Shown here piece after piece: positions 1-9,554 of a DNA stretch of 32,000 nt; within the stretch, counting starts at the first letter, position 1; each line of letters starts with the position of its first letter. The notes beneath the pieces were generated by a model, which was not told where the DNA came from, did not search any database, and was given only the letters and a program-made list of their open reading frames with translations. Made by a program: the position numbers and the translations under genes. Location of the stretch: the NCBI RefSeq assembly GCF_000091665.1, contig NC_000909.1, positions 242,871 through 274,870 of the forward strand, given 5' to 3'. The stretch comes from Methanocaldococcus jannaschii DSM 2661 (GTDB taxonomy: Archaea > AGJL01 > Methanococci > Methanococcales > Methanocaldococcaceae).

Positions 1-1
1 A

Positions 2-826
2 AATTGCTATAAATCAAAATTCTATGGTATTGAAACACACAGATGTATTCAATGCACACCATCAGTTATTTGGTGTCAGCAAAATTGTATATTCTGCTGG
101 AGAGTTTTACCAAGGGATATAGGTATAGATATAAGCCAAATTAAAGAACCAAAATGGGAAGAGCCAGAGGTTGTATATGAGAAAATTTTAGCCATGCATA
201 AAAGAATAATTATGGGTTATGCTGGAGTGTTAGATAGAGTTGGAGAGAAGAAATTTAAAGAGGCTTTAGAGCCAAAGCATGTGGCAATATCTTTATCAGG
301 AGAGCCAACACTTTATCCATACTTAGATGAGTTAATAAAGATATTCCATAAGAATGGATTTACAACATTTGTTGTTTCAAATGGAATCTTAACTGATGTT
401 ATTGAAAAAATAGAGCCAACTCAACTGTATATCTCATTAGATGCCTATGATTTGGACAGTTATAGAAGAATATGTGGGGGGAAGAAAGAGTATTGGGAAA
501 GTATCTTAAATACCTTAGACATTTTAAAAGAGAAGAAGAGAACTTGTATAAGAACTACTTTAATTAGGGGCTATAATGATGATATCTTAAAGTTTGTAGA
601 GCTCTATGAAAGAGCTGATGTCCATTTCATTGAGTTAAAGTCATATATGCACGTTGGTTATTCTCAAAAAAGATTAAAGAAAGAGGACATGCTACAACAT
701 GATGAGATATTAAAATTAGCTAAGATGTTAGATGAAAACAGCTCATACAAATTAATTGATGACAGTGAAGATAGTAGAGTGGCGTTATTGCAAAATGAAA
801 ATAGGAAAATCAACCCGAAACTTTAA
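2..826 (+). CDS. taw1: TYW1-like radical SAM tRNA-guanosine (wyosine pathway) enzyme, 5'-truncated by window edge
   Basis: Frame 2 is open from base 2 (NCYKSKFYGIETHRCIQCTPSVIWCQQNCIFCWRVLPRD...) and is in frame with the 194..826 ORF. CxxxCxxC radical SAM motif (CQQNCIFC), GEPTLYP and SLDA motifs. Confidence 0.93.
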   Translation, partial: NCYKSKFYGIETHRCIQCTPSVIWCQQNCIFCWRVLPRDIGIDISQIKEPKWEEPEVVYEKILAMHKRIIMGYAGVLDRVGEKKFKEALEPKHVAISLSGEPTLYPYLDELIKIFHKNGFTTFVVSNGILTDVIEKIEPTQLYISLDAYDLDSYRRICGGKKEYWESILNTLDILKEKKRTCIRTTLIRGYNDDILKFVELYERADVHFIELKSYMHVGYSQKRLKKEDMLQHDEILKLAKMLDENSSYKLIDDSEDSRVALLQNENRKINPKL

Positions 827-936
827 TAAAGTTTCATCAAAGCTAACATCTCTGCCAAAGGCAGAGGTGTAAATGGGGTATCCCAATAGGGCGAAGCCCT
901 ATGGTTGTAAAATGAAAATAGAAAGATAAATCCAAA
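792..936. repeat. Imperfect direct repeat (about 29 bp, copies about 792-820 and 909-937, offset 117) flanking two strong hairpins
   Basis: aaaatgaaaataggaaaatcaacccgaaa versus aaaatgaaaatagaaagataaatccaaag. Hairpins ACATCTCTGCC-aaa-GGCAGAGGTGT (846-870) and ATAGGGC-gaa-GCCCTAT (886-902) lie between. Confidence 0.7.
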
Positions 937-963
937 GATTTTTGAATAATTATTCTATAGTGG

Positions 964-2178
964 TTATTTTATTTTTTCTCTAAGAATAACTAAAGAGTCT
1001 CTCTTTATCTTATTTTCATCATAACTCTTAATATACCCCCCATTTAAATAATTTAGCAACTCTTTTCCAATTTCCCCAACAAATATATATCGGCAGTTAA
1101 ATCTCTTTAAAACTTCAGATAGCTTTTTTACATCAATTTCTTCGCAAACAATTCCAAAGTCCCCGCCAATATAGATATCTCCACCAAATACTTCTAAAAA
1201 ATCTTTTATAGCGTAGGAAATAGCTTTTACATCTAAGCCAGGGTTGATATTTTTAACTAAAATTTTTTTATTTATCTCTTTAATTTCCATTCTATTTTTT
1301 ATGGTGAAGGTTTTTAATCTATATCTTATCTCCTCCATATCAACCAAATTTTTACAAATCTCTATAGCAAATAACGAATTTTCTACAAAATGTAATCCAA
1401 AGATGTTCTTGCTGAACTCAAATATTTCATCAAAGTATTTAAATTTTAGAGGATACTTATCTAAAATCTTTGCCCTATCTACATCAACAACATTTAGGCA
1501 TTTATGGTTTATATTTAAGTCATATCTATTAATATCTCTCTTATTTATAAAAGATAACTCAGCATTTTTTAAAGAACTAAACTTTGCAGTTAATGCATCC
1601 TTTCTCCCACCAGCTATTTTATAATTTTCTAATACATTTGTTATAGCTCCATATTTGCATTTAATTAATCCTAAAGATGTTTCAAATATAAAAAAGTCAT
1701 ATTTGTCAATATCTAAACTATTTAAAACCTTTAAAATAGTTGGTGGAGCTATAGAGCCAAAATTTGAGTTGTGTAAGTAAGTTGAATATTTATCTTTCAA
1801 AATATGGTTTATTAAAGAGGTTGTTGTTGTCTTTCCCTTAACTCCTGTAACATTAATTATTTTTTTATGGATATTTCCAAACTTCTCCTTTAATATTTTA
1901 GATACAGCATCTGTAAATGGGATAAAATCAACATCTATTGGGCAGTGTATTGGGGCTATAACTCTATCATATTTTTCAAAATTTGGCTGTTCAAAAAATA
2001 GATTTAACTTATTTCCAAATTTTTCTTTTAATTTTTGATATTTAACTTTAAAATCTTCTGATTTTTTTATTTTTTGGTAAATATCCCATACATCAACTTC
2101 ATATCCTAAATTTAAATATTCCTCAGCCAATGTTAAAGCTCCATGATTAACATCAATAATCAACATAAAAAACACCAC
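964..2178 (-). CDS. cfbE: Mur ligase-family ATP-dependent ligase, probable coenzyme F430 synthetase (CfbE-like)
   Basis: VTGVKGKTTTTSLINHIL P-loop typical of Mur ligases, N-terminal IIDVNHGALTLAEEYLNLGYEVDVWDIY. Methanogen context and absence of an obvious wall-biosynthesis context favour CfbE. Confidence 0.55.
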   Translation of the reverse strand: MVFFMLIIDVNHGALTLAEEYLNLGYEVDVWDIYQKIKKSEDFKVKYQKLKEKFGNKLNLFFEQPNFEKYDRVIAPIHCPIDVDFIPFTDAVSKILKEKFGNIHKKIINVTGVKGKTTTTSLINHILKDKYSTYLHNSNFGSIAPPTILKVLNSLDIDKYDFFIFETSLGLIKCKYGAITNVLENYKIAGGRKDALTAKFSSLKNAELSFINKRDINRYDLNINHKCLNVVDVDRAKILDKYPLKFKYFDEIFEFSKNIFGLHFVENSLFAIEICKNLVDMEEIRYRLKTFTIKNRMEIKEINKKILVKNINPGLDVKAISYAIKDFLEVFGGDIYIGGDFGIVCEEIDVKKLSEVLKRFNCRYIFVGEIGKELLNYLNGGYIKSYDENKIKRDSLVILREKIK

Positions 2179-2235
2179 AAAAAAGAGATTTTTATTAAAA
2201 TTAAAATTTTATTAAATTAAATAATATCCAATCAG

Positions 2236-2844
2236 TTATGTTATACTCCCTTTAAACATGTCAATAACAAACCGTGTTTCTGCATTATCCAATTCTTTTA
2301 ATGAATTTCCTTCAATTATAAATGTGTTATTTATTTTTGTTATCGTTGCAGTATTATGGGTTTTTAAGATTTCTATAACCATCGTCTTGTTATTGTGCAT
2401 TAAATATTCACTTTCATTTACTTTAAGCTCAGTTATTGATGTTTTTCCATTTGCAAAAATGGATTTTACAGTTACTGTTGAGTTAGTTCTATTTAGCTCA
2501 ACAACTATATTGTGGGGGTAAAACTGATTAAACCACTCTAATTTTGTTACTAAATCAACTATTGAAACCCCTCCTTCTTTAACACTAATGTTCATATCTC
2601 CCTTAATATAAATCAATATCTTTGAGTGATAATAATTATAAATTTCCCTATCTGTTGTATTTATCAATTTTACCTCCTTTGCTTCACCAACAGTTGCTCT
2701 CAATGGAATTTCTATTGGAGTTCCATTAACTTCAACTAATATGCTCTTTTTTAAATCCAAATTATTTAAATTGTTATTATTTAAACACATAGACATTGAA
2801 GTCATTAACGAGATTATTCCAATAATTAACAGTAGTTTTTTCAT
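2236..2844 (-). CDS. Secreted/exported hypothetical protein (N-terminal signal-like segment, repeated N-T/V-T-V beta-rich body)
   Basis: MKKLLLIIGIISLMTSMSMCLN hydrophobic N-terminus. Start overlaps the stop of the upstream signal peptidase ORF by 4 bp (2841-2844). Confidence 0.7.
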   Translation of the reverse strand: MKKLLLIIGIISLMTSMSMCLNNNNLNNLDLKKSILVEVNGTPIEIPLRATVGEAKEVKLINTTDREIYNYYHSKILIYIKGDMNISVKEGGVSIVDLVTKLEWFNQFYPHNIVVELNRTNSTVTVKSIFANGKTSITELKVNESEYLMHNNKTMVIEILKTHNTATITKINNTFIIEGNSLKELDNAETRFVIDMFKGSIT

Positions 2845-3452
2845 TTTCTCCCTCCTTTAAGATAATTGTATGCATAATAAATCAGGACAAATAAAACCAC
2901 CAAATACCAATATTCTTTAAGCCATATAGATAAATAACCTACATAGGGGATTACTAAAGGATGTCCATCTACAACTATAACCCTCTGCTTTATTTGGTTG
3001 ATTGAAACAAGCTCTGGGTCATGGATTGGATTGTTATCTCCTTTAATTATAAAGTATGTTTTGTTATTAAACTCAACTTTATCAATAACTCTATGGATTA
3101 CTGGCTTTGTTGGACTTTTTGGAATATCAGCCTCCAATATTTTGTAACTGCTTTTGTCTGTTTTTATTTCTCCTAAAACTTTTACTGACATATCTTTAAA
3201 ATCTCCCTCTTTGAATATATATAGTGTAGTGTAAGGATTTAAGTTGAGTTTATAATCTATTTCAGAAAGTAAATATTGATAGTAAGGCCAATGAGCTTTA
3301 TAAACAACTATATCTCCAACATCAACATCGTTTGGATTAAATTCAAAGCCAGCATTTTCCACTATAACCAAATCTCCCCTCTTCATTATAGGATACATAC
3401 TATCAGAAACGACAACATTTACATGACTCCAAATTAAAAACAAAACAACCAA
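2841..3452 (-). CDS. Signal peptidase I (archaeal/ER type)
   Basis: SDSMYPIMKRGDLVIVEN catalytic Ser box, HRVIDKV catalytic His box, KGDNNPIHDPELV box, TM segment at C-terminus. Confidence 0.93.
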   Translation of the reverse strand: MVVLFLIWSHVNVVVSDSMYPIMKRGDLVIVENAGFEFNPNDVDVGDIVVYKAHWPYYQYLLSEIDYKLNLNPYTTLYIFKEGDFKDMSVKVLGEIKTDKSSYKILEADIPKSPTKPVIHRVIDKVEFNNKTYFIIKGDNNPIHDPELVSINQIKQRVIVVDGHPLVIPYVGYLSIWLKEYWYLVVLFVLIYYAYNYLKGGRK

Positions 3453-3546
3453 GAATATTATCCACTCAACAACATCTTTTTTACTGATTTTTAGGTTAAT
3501 GATTCCACCTCATATATTTATTCCATAATGTTTTGAAAAGAACTAT

Positions 3547-4209
3547 TTAATATAGATGAGCATTTTTTATCATTCTTGGAATTAAAGCCATTATAACACT
3601 CTCCCTGCATAAATCTTTTCTTGTTATATTATTATCAGTTAGATAACCAATTAAGCCAATGTTTTTTCCAATGTCTTTAATACCAGAAATTTCTTCGGCA
3701 ATTTTTCCACCTTCAATCCCTTCCAAAACTTTTTCAGCTACAATCTTTGGATATTCAAAACCTTGAGATAAACCAACCGTCTCATTAACTCCATCAAAAA
3801 CAACACATATATGAATATCTATATAATGTTCTCCAACTTTTATTAAACCTGCCTCTATTCCCACAGCATAAGTGCATTGAACTTTTTCAAACGCATTTTT
3901 TGCTCTATTTAAAGCTCCCAAATAAGTTTCTTCTAATCCAATTGGATGAGATGAAACCCCACTAATAACATCAACCCCTATTACTTCAACAGCTCCTAAA
4001 ACCTTCTCAAACCCTTCTTTAACCGCCTCTATCTTTACTGGATTTGTAGAACCAACTGCCACAATCCTCAACTTATGTCTCGCCATGCTCAGCTTTTTAG
4101 CCTCTTCAATACACTTTTCATTTTTACATAAAAACCTCCCAAATAAAAAAATCTCTGCCTTTTTACCACAGATTTCACATTTCTTATTTTTAAAGTCCAT
4201 AACTATCAC
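3547..4209 (-). CDS. YjjX-family inosine/xanthosine triphosphatase with N-terminal Cys4 zinc-finger-like extension
   Basis: RIVAVGSTNPVKIEAVKEGFEKV...SSHPIGLEETYLGALNRAKNA...YAVGIEAG is the YjjX NTPase signature. N-terminal CEICGKKAEIFLFGRFLCKNEKC lies in the same open frame. Confidence 0.85.
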   Translation of the reverse strand: MIVMDFKNKKCEICGKKAEIFLFGRFLCKNEKCIEEAKKLSMARHKLRIVAVGSTNPVKIEAVKEGFEKVLGAVEVIGVDVISGVSSHPIGLEETYLGALNRAKNAFEKVQCTYAVGIEAGLIKVGEHYIDIHICVVFDGVNETVGLSQGFEYPKIVAEKVLEGIEGGKIAEEISGIKDIGKNIGLIGYLTDNNITRKDLCRESVIMALIPRMIKNAHLY

Positions 4210-4370
4210 TATATTATAAGAATTCTATTCGCTAAATAATTTGCAAATAAAATATATATAAGTTAAACATCAAAGGAAGTAGTAATTTCACAAATAATAA
4301 TATATAATGATAACTTGAATTTATAAATTTATTGATATATTGTGATTAAAACACATTAAGAGGGATTATT

Positions 4371-7300
4371 ATGGCTAAAAAAAACACTAAGAAGGATAAT
4401 AAAAATCAGAATCTCAGATGTCCAATTGTGTGTGTTTTAGGACACGTTGACCATGGAAAGTGCTTAATGCCTCATGAGAAAGTTTTAACTGAGTATGGAG
4501 AGATTAAGATTGAGGACTTATTTAAAATAGGAAAAGAGATTGTTGAGAAAGATGAGTTAAAAGAAATAAGAAAGTTGAATATAAAAGTTCATACACTAAA
4601 TGAAAATGGAGAAATTAAGATAATAAATGCTCCTTATGTGTGGAAACTAAAACATAAAGGAAAAATGATAAAAGTTAAGTTAAAGAATTGGCATTCAATA
4701 ACTACAACGCCAGAACATCCATTCTTAACCAATAATGGTTGGATAAAAGCAGAAAATATCAAAAAAGGAATGTATGTTGCAATACCAAGAAAAATTTATG
4801 GTAATGAGGATTTTGAGAAGTTCATTGAATTTATTAATTCAAAGATATTAACTAATGAATTAATTGTAAAAGTTAATGAGAAAGATTTAAAAAACGTAGA
4901 GTTGCCTTCAACAAAAATCTACAAAAAACAGAAAAATGTTTTCAGAAGCGAAGATATTATTGAACATAATCTAAATATTGAAAAAATATCATTCTCTCCA
5001 AGAATCCACAGATGTGGAAAACCTCAGCACTATATAAAACTTCCAAAGTCGTTGAATGAATGGAAAGCTATATTCTACTTTGCAGGAGTTATGTTTGGGG
5101 ATGGATGTGTGGATAGAATAGCAAATAATGATGAAGAAGTATTCAACAAATTAAAATCATTGAATAATTTAGGAATTGAAGTTGAGAGAATAAAAAGAAA
5201 AAGTTCCTATGAAATAATATTTAAAAATGGAAAAAATGCGTTAATTAATCTCCTTAAAATATTATTTGATTACCCAAGTGAAAAGAAATCCCATAATATA
5301 AAAATCCCACAAATATTATACATAGCTCCAAAAGAGCTTGTAGCAGAGTTTATTAAAGGATACTTTGATGCAGATGGGTATGTAAATTTAAGACAGAATA
5401 GAATTGAAGTAATAAGTGCATCAAAGGAATTTATTGAAGGACTTTCTATTCTTTTATTAAGATTCGAAATAACATCAAAAATCTATGAAATTAAAAAATC
5501 TTACAAAGAAACTAAAAAGAAATACTACCAATTAAACATTGTAGGAAAGAGAAACTTAAAGAACTTCAAAAACATTGGGTTTTCAATAAAATATAAAGAA
5601 GAAAACTTAAACAAAATCATTGAAAAGAGTAGAAAAAGTGAGAAGTATCCAATAAATAAAGATATGAAAAGATTAAGAATTTTGTTTGGAATGACAAGGA
5701 ATGAAGTAAATGTCTCATACTATGCAAAATATGAAAATGGAAAAGAGATTCCTTCCTATGAAATTGTTAAGAAATTCCTAAATTCATTAAAACCAAAGAA
5801 CTTAGATAAAAAGATAAAAGTATTGGAAGGAAAAGAAAGAGATGTTAATTATTTAAAAGCATTTGAAAGCGATGGTTTAATAGAGAATGGAAGATTAACT
5901 AAATTAGGAAGAGAAGCATTAAATATTTGGAAGAATCATGAATTTGGAAAAGAGAATATTGACTATATGAAATCATTAATAGAAAATATTGCATTTGTTG
6001 AAGTTGAAGATGTTGAAATTATTGATTATGATGGCTATGTGTATGATTTAACAACTGAAACACACAACTTTATAGCAAATGGTATAGTTGTTCATAACAC
6101 AACACTTTTAGACAAGATTAGAAAAACAAGAGTCGCTAAAAGAGAAGCTGGAGGAATTACCCAACACATAGGAGCAAGTGAGATTCCAATAGATGTCATA
6201 AAACGGCTGTGTGGAGATTTATTAAAGATGCTAAAAGCAGATTTAAAAATCCCTGGATTGTTGGTTATAGACACCCCTGGGCATGAGGCATTTACCTCAT
6301 TAAGAAAAAGAGGAGGAGCTTTGGCTGATATAGCCATATTAGTTGTAGATATAAACGAGGGCTTTAAACCACAAACTGTTGAGGCTGTTAATATATTAAG
6401 ACAGTGCAAAACCCCATTTGTTGTAGCAGCAAATAAAATTGACTTAATTCCTGGATGGAACTCTAAGGAAGGGCCGTTTATCTTAAACTTCAATGAAAAA
6501 AATCAGCATCCAAATGCTTTAACTGAATTTGAAATAAGGTTGTATGAAAACATAATAAAACCATTAAATGAGCTTGGTTTTGATGCTGATTTATACTCAA
6601 GAGTTCAAGACGTTACAAAAACTGTCTGTATTATTCCAGTATCAGCAGTTACTGGAGAGGGAATTCCTGATTTATTGATGATGGTTGCTGGATTAGCCCA
6701 AAAGTTTTTAGAGGATAGATTAAAGCTTAATGTTGAAGGTTATGCAAAGGGAACAATATTAGAAGTTAAGGAAGAAAAAGGATTGGGGACAACGATAGAT
6801 GCCATAATTTATGATGGGATTGCTAAGAGAGGAGATTATTTAGTTGTTGGATTGCCTGATGATGTTTTAGTGACAAGAGTTAAAGCTTTATTAAAGCCGA
6901 AGCCATTAGATGAGATGAGAGACCCAAGAGATAAATTTAAGCCAGTAAATGAAGTTACTGCCGCTGCAGGAGTTAAGATAGCCGCTCCTGAATTGGATAA
7001 AGTCATAGCTGGATGTCCAATAAGGATTGTTCCAAAAGATAAGATAGAGGAAGCAAAAGAAGAGGTTATGAAAGAAGTTGAAGAGGCAAAGATAGAGGTT
7101 GATGATGAAGGAATTTTAATAAAAGCAGATACTCTTGGTTCTTTAGAAGCTTTAGCTAATGAGTTAAGGAAGGCAGGAGTTAAGATTAAGAAGGCAGAGG
7201 TTGGAGATGTAACTAAGAAGGATGTTATTGAAGTTGCATCATACAAGCAGAGTAATCCATTACATGGAGCAATAGTTGCCTTTAACGTAAAAATTTTACC

Positions 7301-7838
7301 AGAAGCTCAGAAAGAAATTGAAAAATATGACATAAAGGTGTTTTTAGATAACATTATCTATAAGTTGGTTGAGGACTTCACAGAGTGGATTAAAAAAGAG
7401 GAAGAGAGAATTAAATATGGAGAGTTTGAAAAACTTATCAAGCCAGCAATCATCAGGATTTTACCAGATTGTATATTCAGACAGAAAGACCCTGCAATTT
7501 GTGGAGTTGAAGTCCTCTGTGGAACTTTAAGAGTTGGAGCTCCTTTAATGAGGGAGGATGGAATGCAATTAGGTTATGTTAGGGAAATAAAAGATAGAGG
7601 AGAAAATGTTAAAGAGGCAAAAGCAGGAAAGGCAGTTTCAATAGCTATAGATGGAAGAGTTGTATTAAAAAGGCATGTTGATGAAGGGGACTATATGTAT
7701 GTAGCTGTTCCAGAAAGTCATGTTAGAGAGCTCTACCATAAATACATGGATAGGTTGAGAAATGATGAAAAAGAGGCATTGTTAAGATATATGGAGTTGA
7801 TGCAAAAGCTAACAAACAACATATTCTGGGGAAGATAA
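4371..7838 (+). CDS. infB: Translation initiation factor aIF5B/IF-2 (intein-containing precursor)
   Basis: GHVDHGK|...|TTLLDKIRKT G1 split by intein; DTPGHEAF, NKID and the long C-terminal IF2 domains follow. 1155 codons. Confidence 0.97.
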   Translation: MAKKNTKKDNKNQNLRCPIVCVLGHVDHGKCLMPHEKVLTEYGEIKIEDLFKIGKEIVEKDELKEIRKLNIKVHTLNENGEIKIINAPYVWKLKHKGKMIKVKLKNWHSITTTPEHPFLTNNGWIKAENIKKGMYVAIPRKIYGNEDFEKFIEFINSKILTNELIVKVNEKDLKNVELPSTKIYKKQKNVFRSEDIIEHNLNIEKISFSPRIHRCGKPQHYIKLPKSLNEWKAIFYFAGVMFGDGCVDRIANNDEEVFNKLKSLNNLGIEVERIKRKSSYEIIFKNGKNALINLLKILFDYPSEKKSHNIKIPQILYIAPKELVAEFIKGYFDADGYVNLRQNRIEVISASKEFIEGLSILLLRFEITSKIYEIKKSYKETKKKYYQLNIVGKRNLKNFKNIGFSIKYKEENLNKIIEKSRKSEKYPINKDMKRLRILFGMTRNEVNVSYYAKYENGKEIPSYEIVKKFLNSLKPKNLDKKIKVLEGKERDVNYLKAFESDGLIENGRLTKLGREALNIWKNHEFGKENIDYMKSLIENIAFVEVEDVEIIDYDGYVYDLTTETHNFIANGIVVHNTTLLDKIRKTRVAKREAGGITQHIGASEIPIDVIKRLCGDLLKMLKADLKIPGLLVIDTPGHEAFTSLRKRGGALADIAILVVDINEGFKPQTVEAVNILRQCKTPFVVAANKIDLIPGWNSKEGPFILNFNEKNQHPNALTEFEIRLYENIIKPLNELGFDADLYSRVQDVTKTVCIIPVSAVTGEGIPDLLMMVAGLAQKFLEDRLKLNVEGYAKGTILEVKEEKGLGTTIDAIIYDGIAKRGDYLVVGLPDDVLVTRVKALLKPKPLDEMRDPRDKFKPVNEVTAAAGVKIAAPELDKVIAGCPIRIVPKDKIEEAKEEVMKEVEEAKIEVDDEGILIKADTLGSLEALANELRKAGVKIKKAEVGDVTKKDVIEVASYKQSNPLHGAIVAFNVKILPEAQKEIEKYDIKVFLDNIIYKLVEDFTEWIKKEEERIKYGEFEKLIKPAIIRILPDCIFRQKDPAICGVEVLCGTLRVGAPLMREDGMQLGYVREIKDRGENVKEAKAGKAVSIAIDGRVVLKRHVDEGDYMYVAVPESHVRELYHKYMDRLRNDEKEALLRYMELMQKLTNNIFWGR
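4461..6098 (+). mobile_element. Intein (546 aa) with LAGLIDADG/DOD homing endonuclease, inserted in the G1/P-loop of infB
   Basis: Starts at Cys codon 31 (TGC 4461-4463) after GHVDHGK and ends VVHN (AAC 6096-6098) before Thr. Splicing blocks CLMPHEKVLTEYGEI, TTTPEHPFLT, GYVYDLTTETHNFIANGIVVHN. Endonuclease motifs FAGVMFGDGCVDR and FIKGYFDADGYVNL. Confidence 0.96.
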
Positions 7839-7850
7839 ATTTTTATTTTT

Positions 7851-8813
7851 TTAAATGTTGTTATCAAAGGCTTTATTATAGGTTTCTACTGCTTCTTCAA
7901 TTTTTCCAAGTTTTTCGAGGATTCTCGCTTTATTTAGTATAGATGATTTTATTAATAGCTTATCTTTAACATTTTTGTTTGAAATAATTTTATCATATAT
8001 TTTTAAAGCATCATCAACTTTGTTGAGATTTTCATATATCAAAGCTAAATAGAACTTTGCTTCAACATCATTTGGAAATTTTTCTAAATATTTGGTTATA
8101 TAGTTTAATGCCTCTTCATAATTATTATTTGCCAATTCTAAATAAGCGATATCTTTATAAACATGAACTAGATTTTCGTTTAAGTTTATTGCCATTTTTA
8201 ATGCATCTAACGCTTCTTTTATATTTCCAAGTTTCTTTAAAATTCTTCCTTTTAAATACCATGCATGGGCATCATCTTTTTTAATACTTAAAATTTTATT
8301 CACACAATCCAGTGCTTCATCTAATTTCCCAAGTATTTCTAATATTGATGCCTTCTGTCTTAAAATTGAGGTTAGATTTGGATATATTTTTAAAAATTCA
8401 TCAAGAGCTTCAAGTGCCTTTTCAAATTCTCCAAATTCTATATAAATTAAAGCTTTATGGAATGGAGACAAATAGCATGGTTTAGATAATCTTGATAACT
8501 TCTCAATATATTTTAATGTTCTTTCATACTCTCCTTTAACGAATGTTAAACATATAAGATTCCCTAAAGACAATAAAGATGTTCCTTCAATATTTTCTAA
8601 GCATTCAAAATATTTTTCTGCTTTTTCCATATCTCCTTTGAGTTTTAACACAATTCCTTTTACATACAATACTAAAGGATTATCCTTATCAACTTTCTGA
8701 GCTTTTTCTAAATATTCTAATGCTTTATCAAAATTTCCTTTATCTGCACATTCTAAGGCATTAACAACATCTTTTAATATTTCTAATGTTTTTACCATAT
8801 TATCATAATCCAT
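7851..8813 (-). CDS. TPR-repeat protein
   Basis: Repeated A..YLKG.IL.KLG...EAL..L..A..I/N TPR units over 320 aa. Confidence 0.85.
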   Translation of the reverse strand: MDYDNMVKTLEILKDVVNALECADKGNFDKALEYLEKAQKVDKDNPLVLYVKGIVLKLKGDMEKAEKYFECLENIEGTSLLSLGNLICLTFVKGEYERTLKYIEKLSRLSKPCYLSPFHKALIYIEFGEFEKALEALDEFLKIYPNLTSILRQKASILEILGKLDEALDCVNKILSIKKDDAHAWYLKGRILKKLGNIKEALDALKMAINLNENLVHVYKDIAYLELANNNYEEALNYITKYLEKFPNDVEAKFYLALIYENLNKVDDALKIYDKIISNKNVKDKLLIKSSILNKARILEKLGKIEEAVETYNKAFDNNI

Positions 8814-8843
8814 TTATACCACTCTAATAAATCTGTTAATTTG

Positions 8844-8869
8844 AATGTTGTGTTATAATGTTGTGTTAT
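8844..8869. repeat. 13-bp perfect tandem duplication (AATGTTGTGTTAT x2) upstream of the TPR gene
   Basis: Direct reading: aatgttgtgttat|aatgttgtgttat. Confidence 0.85.
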
Positions 8870-9051
8870 ATTATTTGTATATAACTATAACATTTAACAT
8901 TGAAGATATTATCTATATAAAAATATAAAATTTACTCTTGTGAAGATTCCATTGAAGATTCGATAAAAGGACAATTAATAAAAATAGGTTTATATGTTTT
9001 ATTGTAAATTTTCGAACCTTATAAAATTACGAAAATAGGAAAATTAAGGAA

Positions 9052-9513
9052 TTATTTTGCATTTGCATAAAGATAGTAAAGCTTATTAAATTTATTCACT
9101 GTATTTTGTATTTTATTATTTAATATTTCTTCAAGGTTGTTAATAGCTCCTGTTGGACATACTTCTTTGCAAATCTCAACATCTCTTTTATAACATCCAT
9201 TACATTTTATCGCTACTCCATCAATTCTTATAGCTCCAAATGGACATGCTAAAGCACACAAACCACAACCAACACACTTATCTTTTATAACCACCACTTT
9301 GTTATTAATCCTCTCTATTGCATTCTCCGGACATGCATATAGACAAGGATTTCTATCACAATGCATACATTTTATTGGAAATTCATTGAAGGTTATTCCA
9401 TTTATTGGACAACTCCTTTCACATCTCCTACATCCAATGCAAGACCCAACATTTACTACAACCATTTTTTCACCATCAATAGCCAATAAAAGAAAACTCT
9501 TCACTTGGTGCAT
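9052..9513 (-). CDS. porE: Polyferredoxin-type protein PorE (pyruvate oxidoreductase-associated)
   Basis: Multiple 4Fe-4S motifs ([27 protein letters not shown]) and position downstream of porCDAB. Confidence 0.85.
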
Positions 9514-9554
9514 AAGGGATTAAAAAAGATAAAAAGTTATAATATTACAACAAT

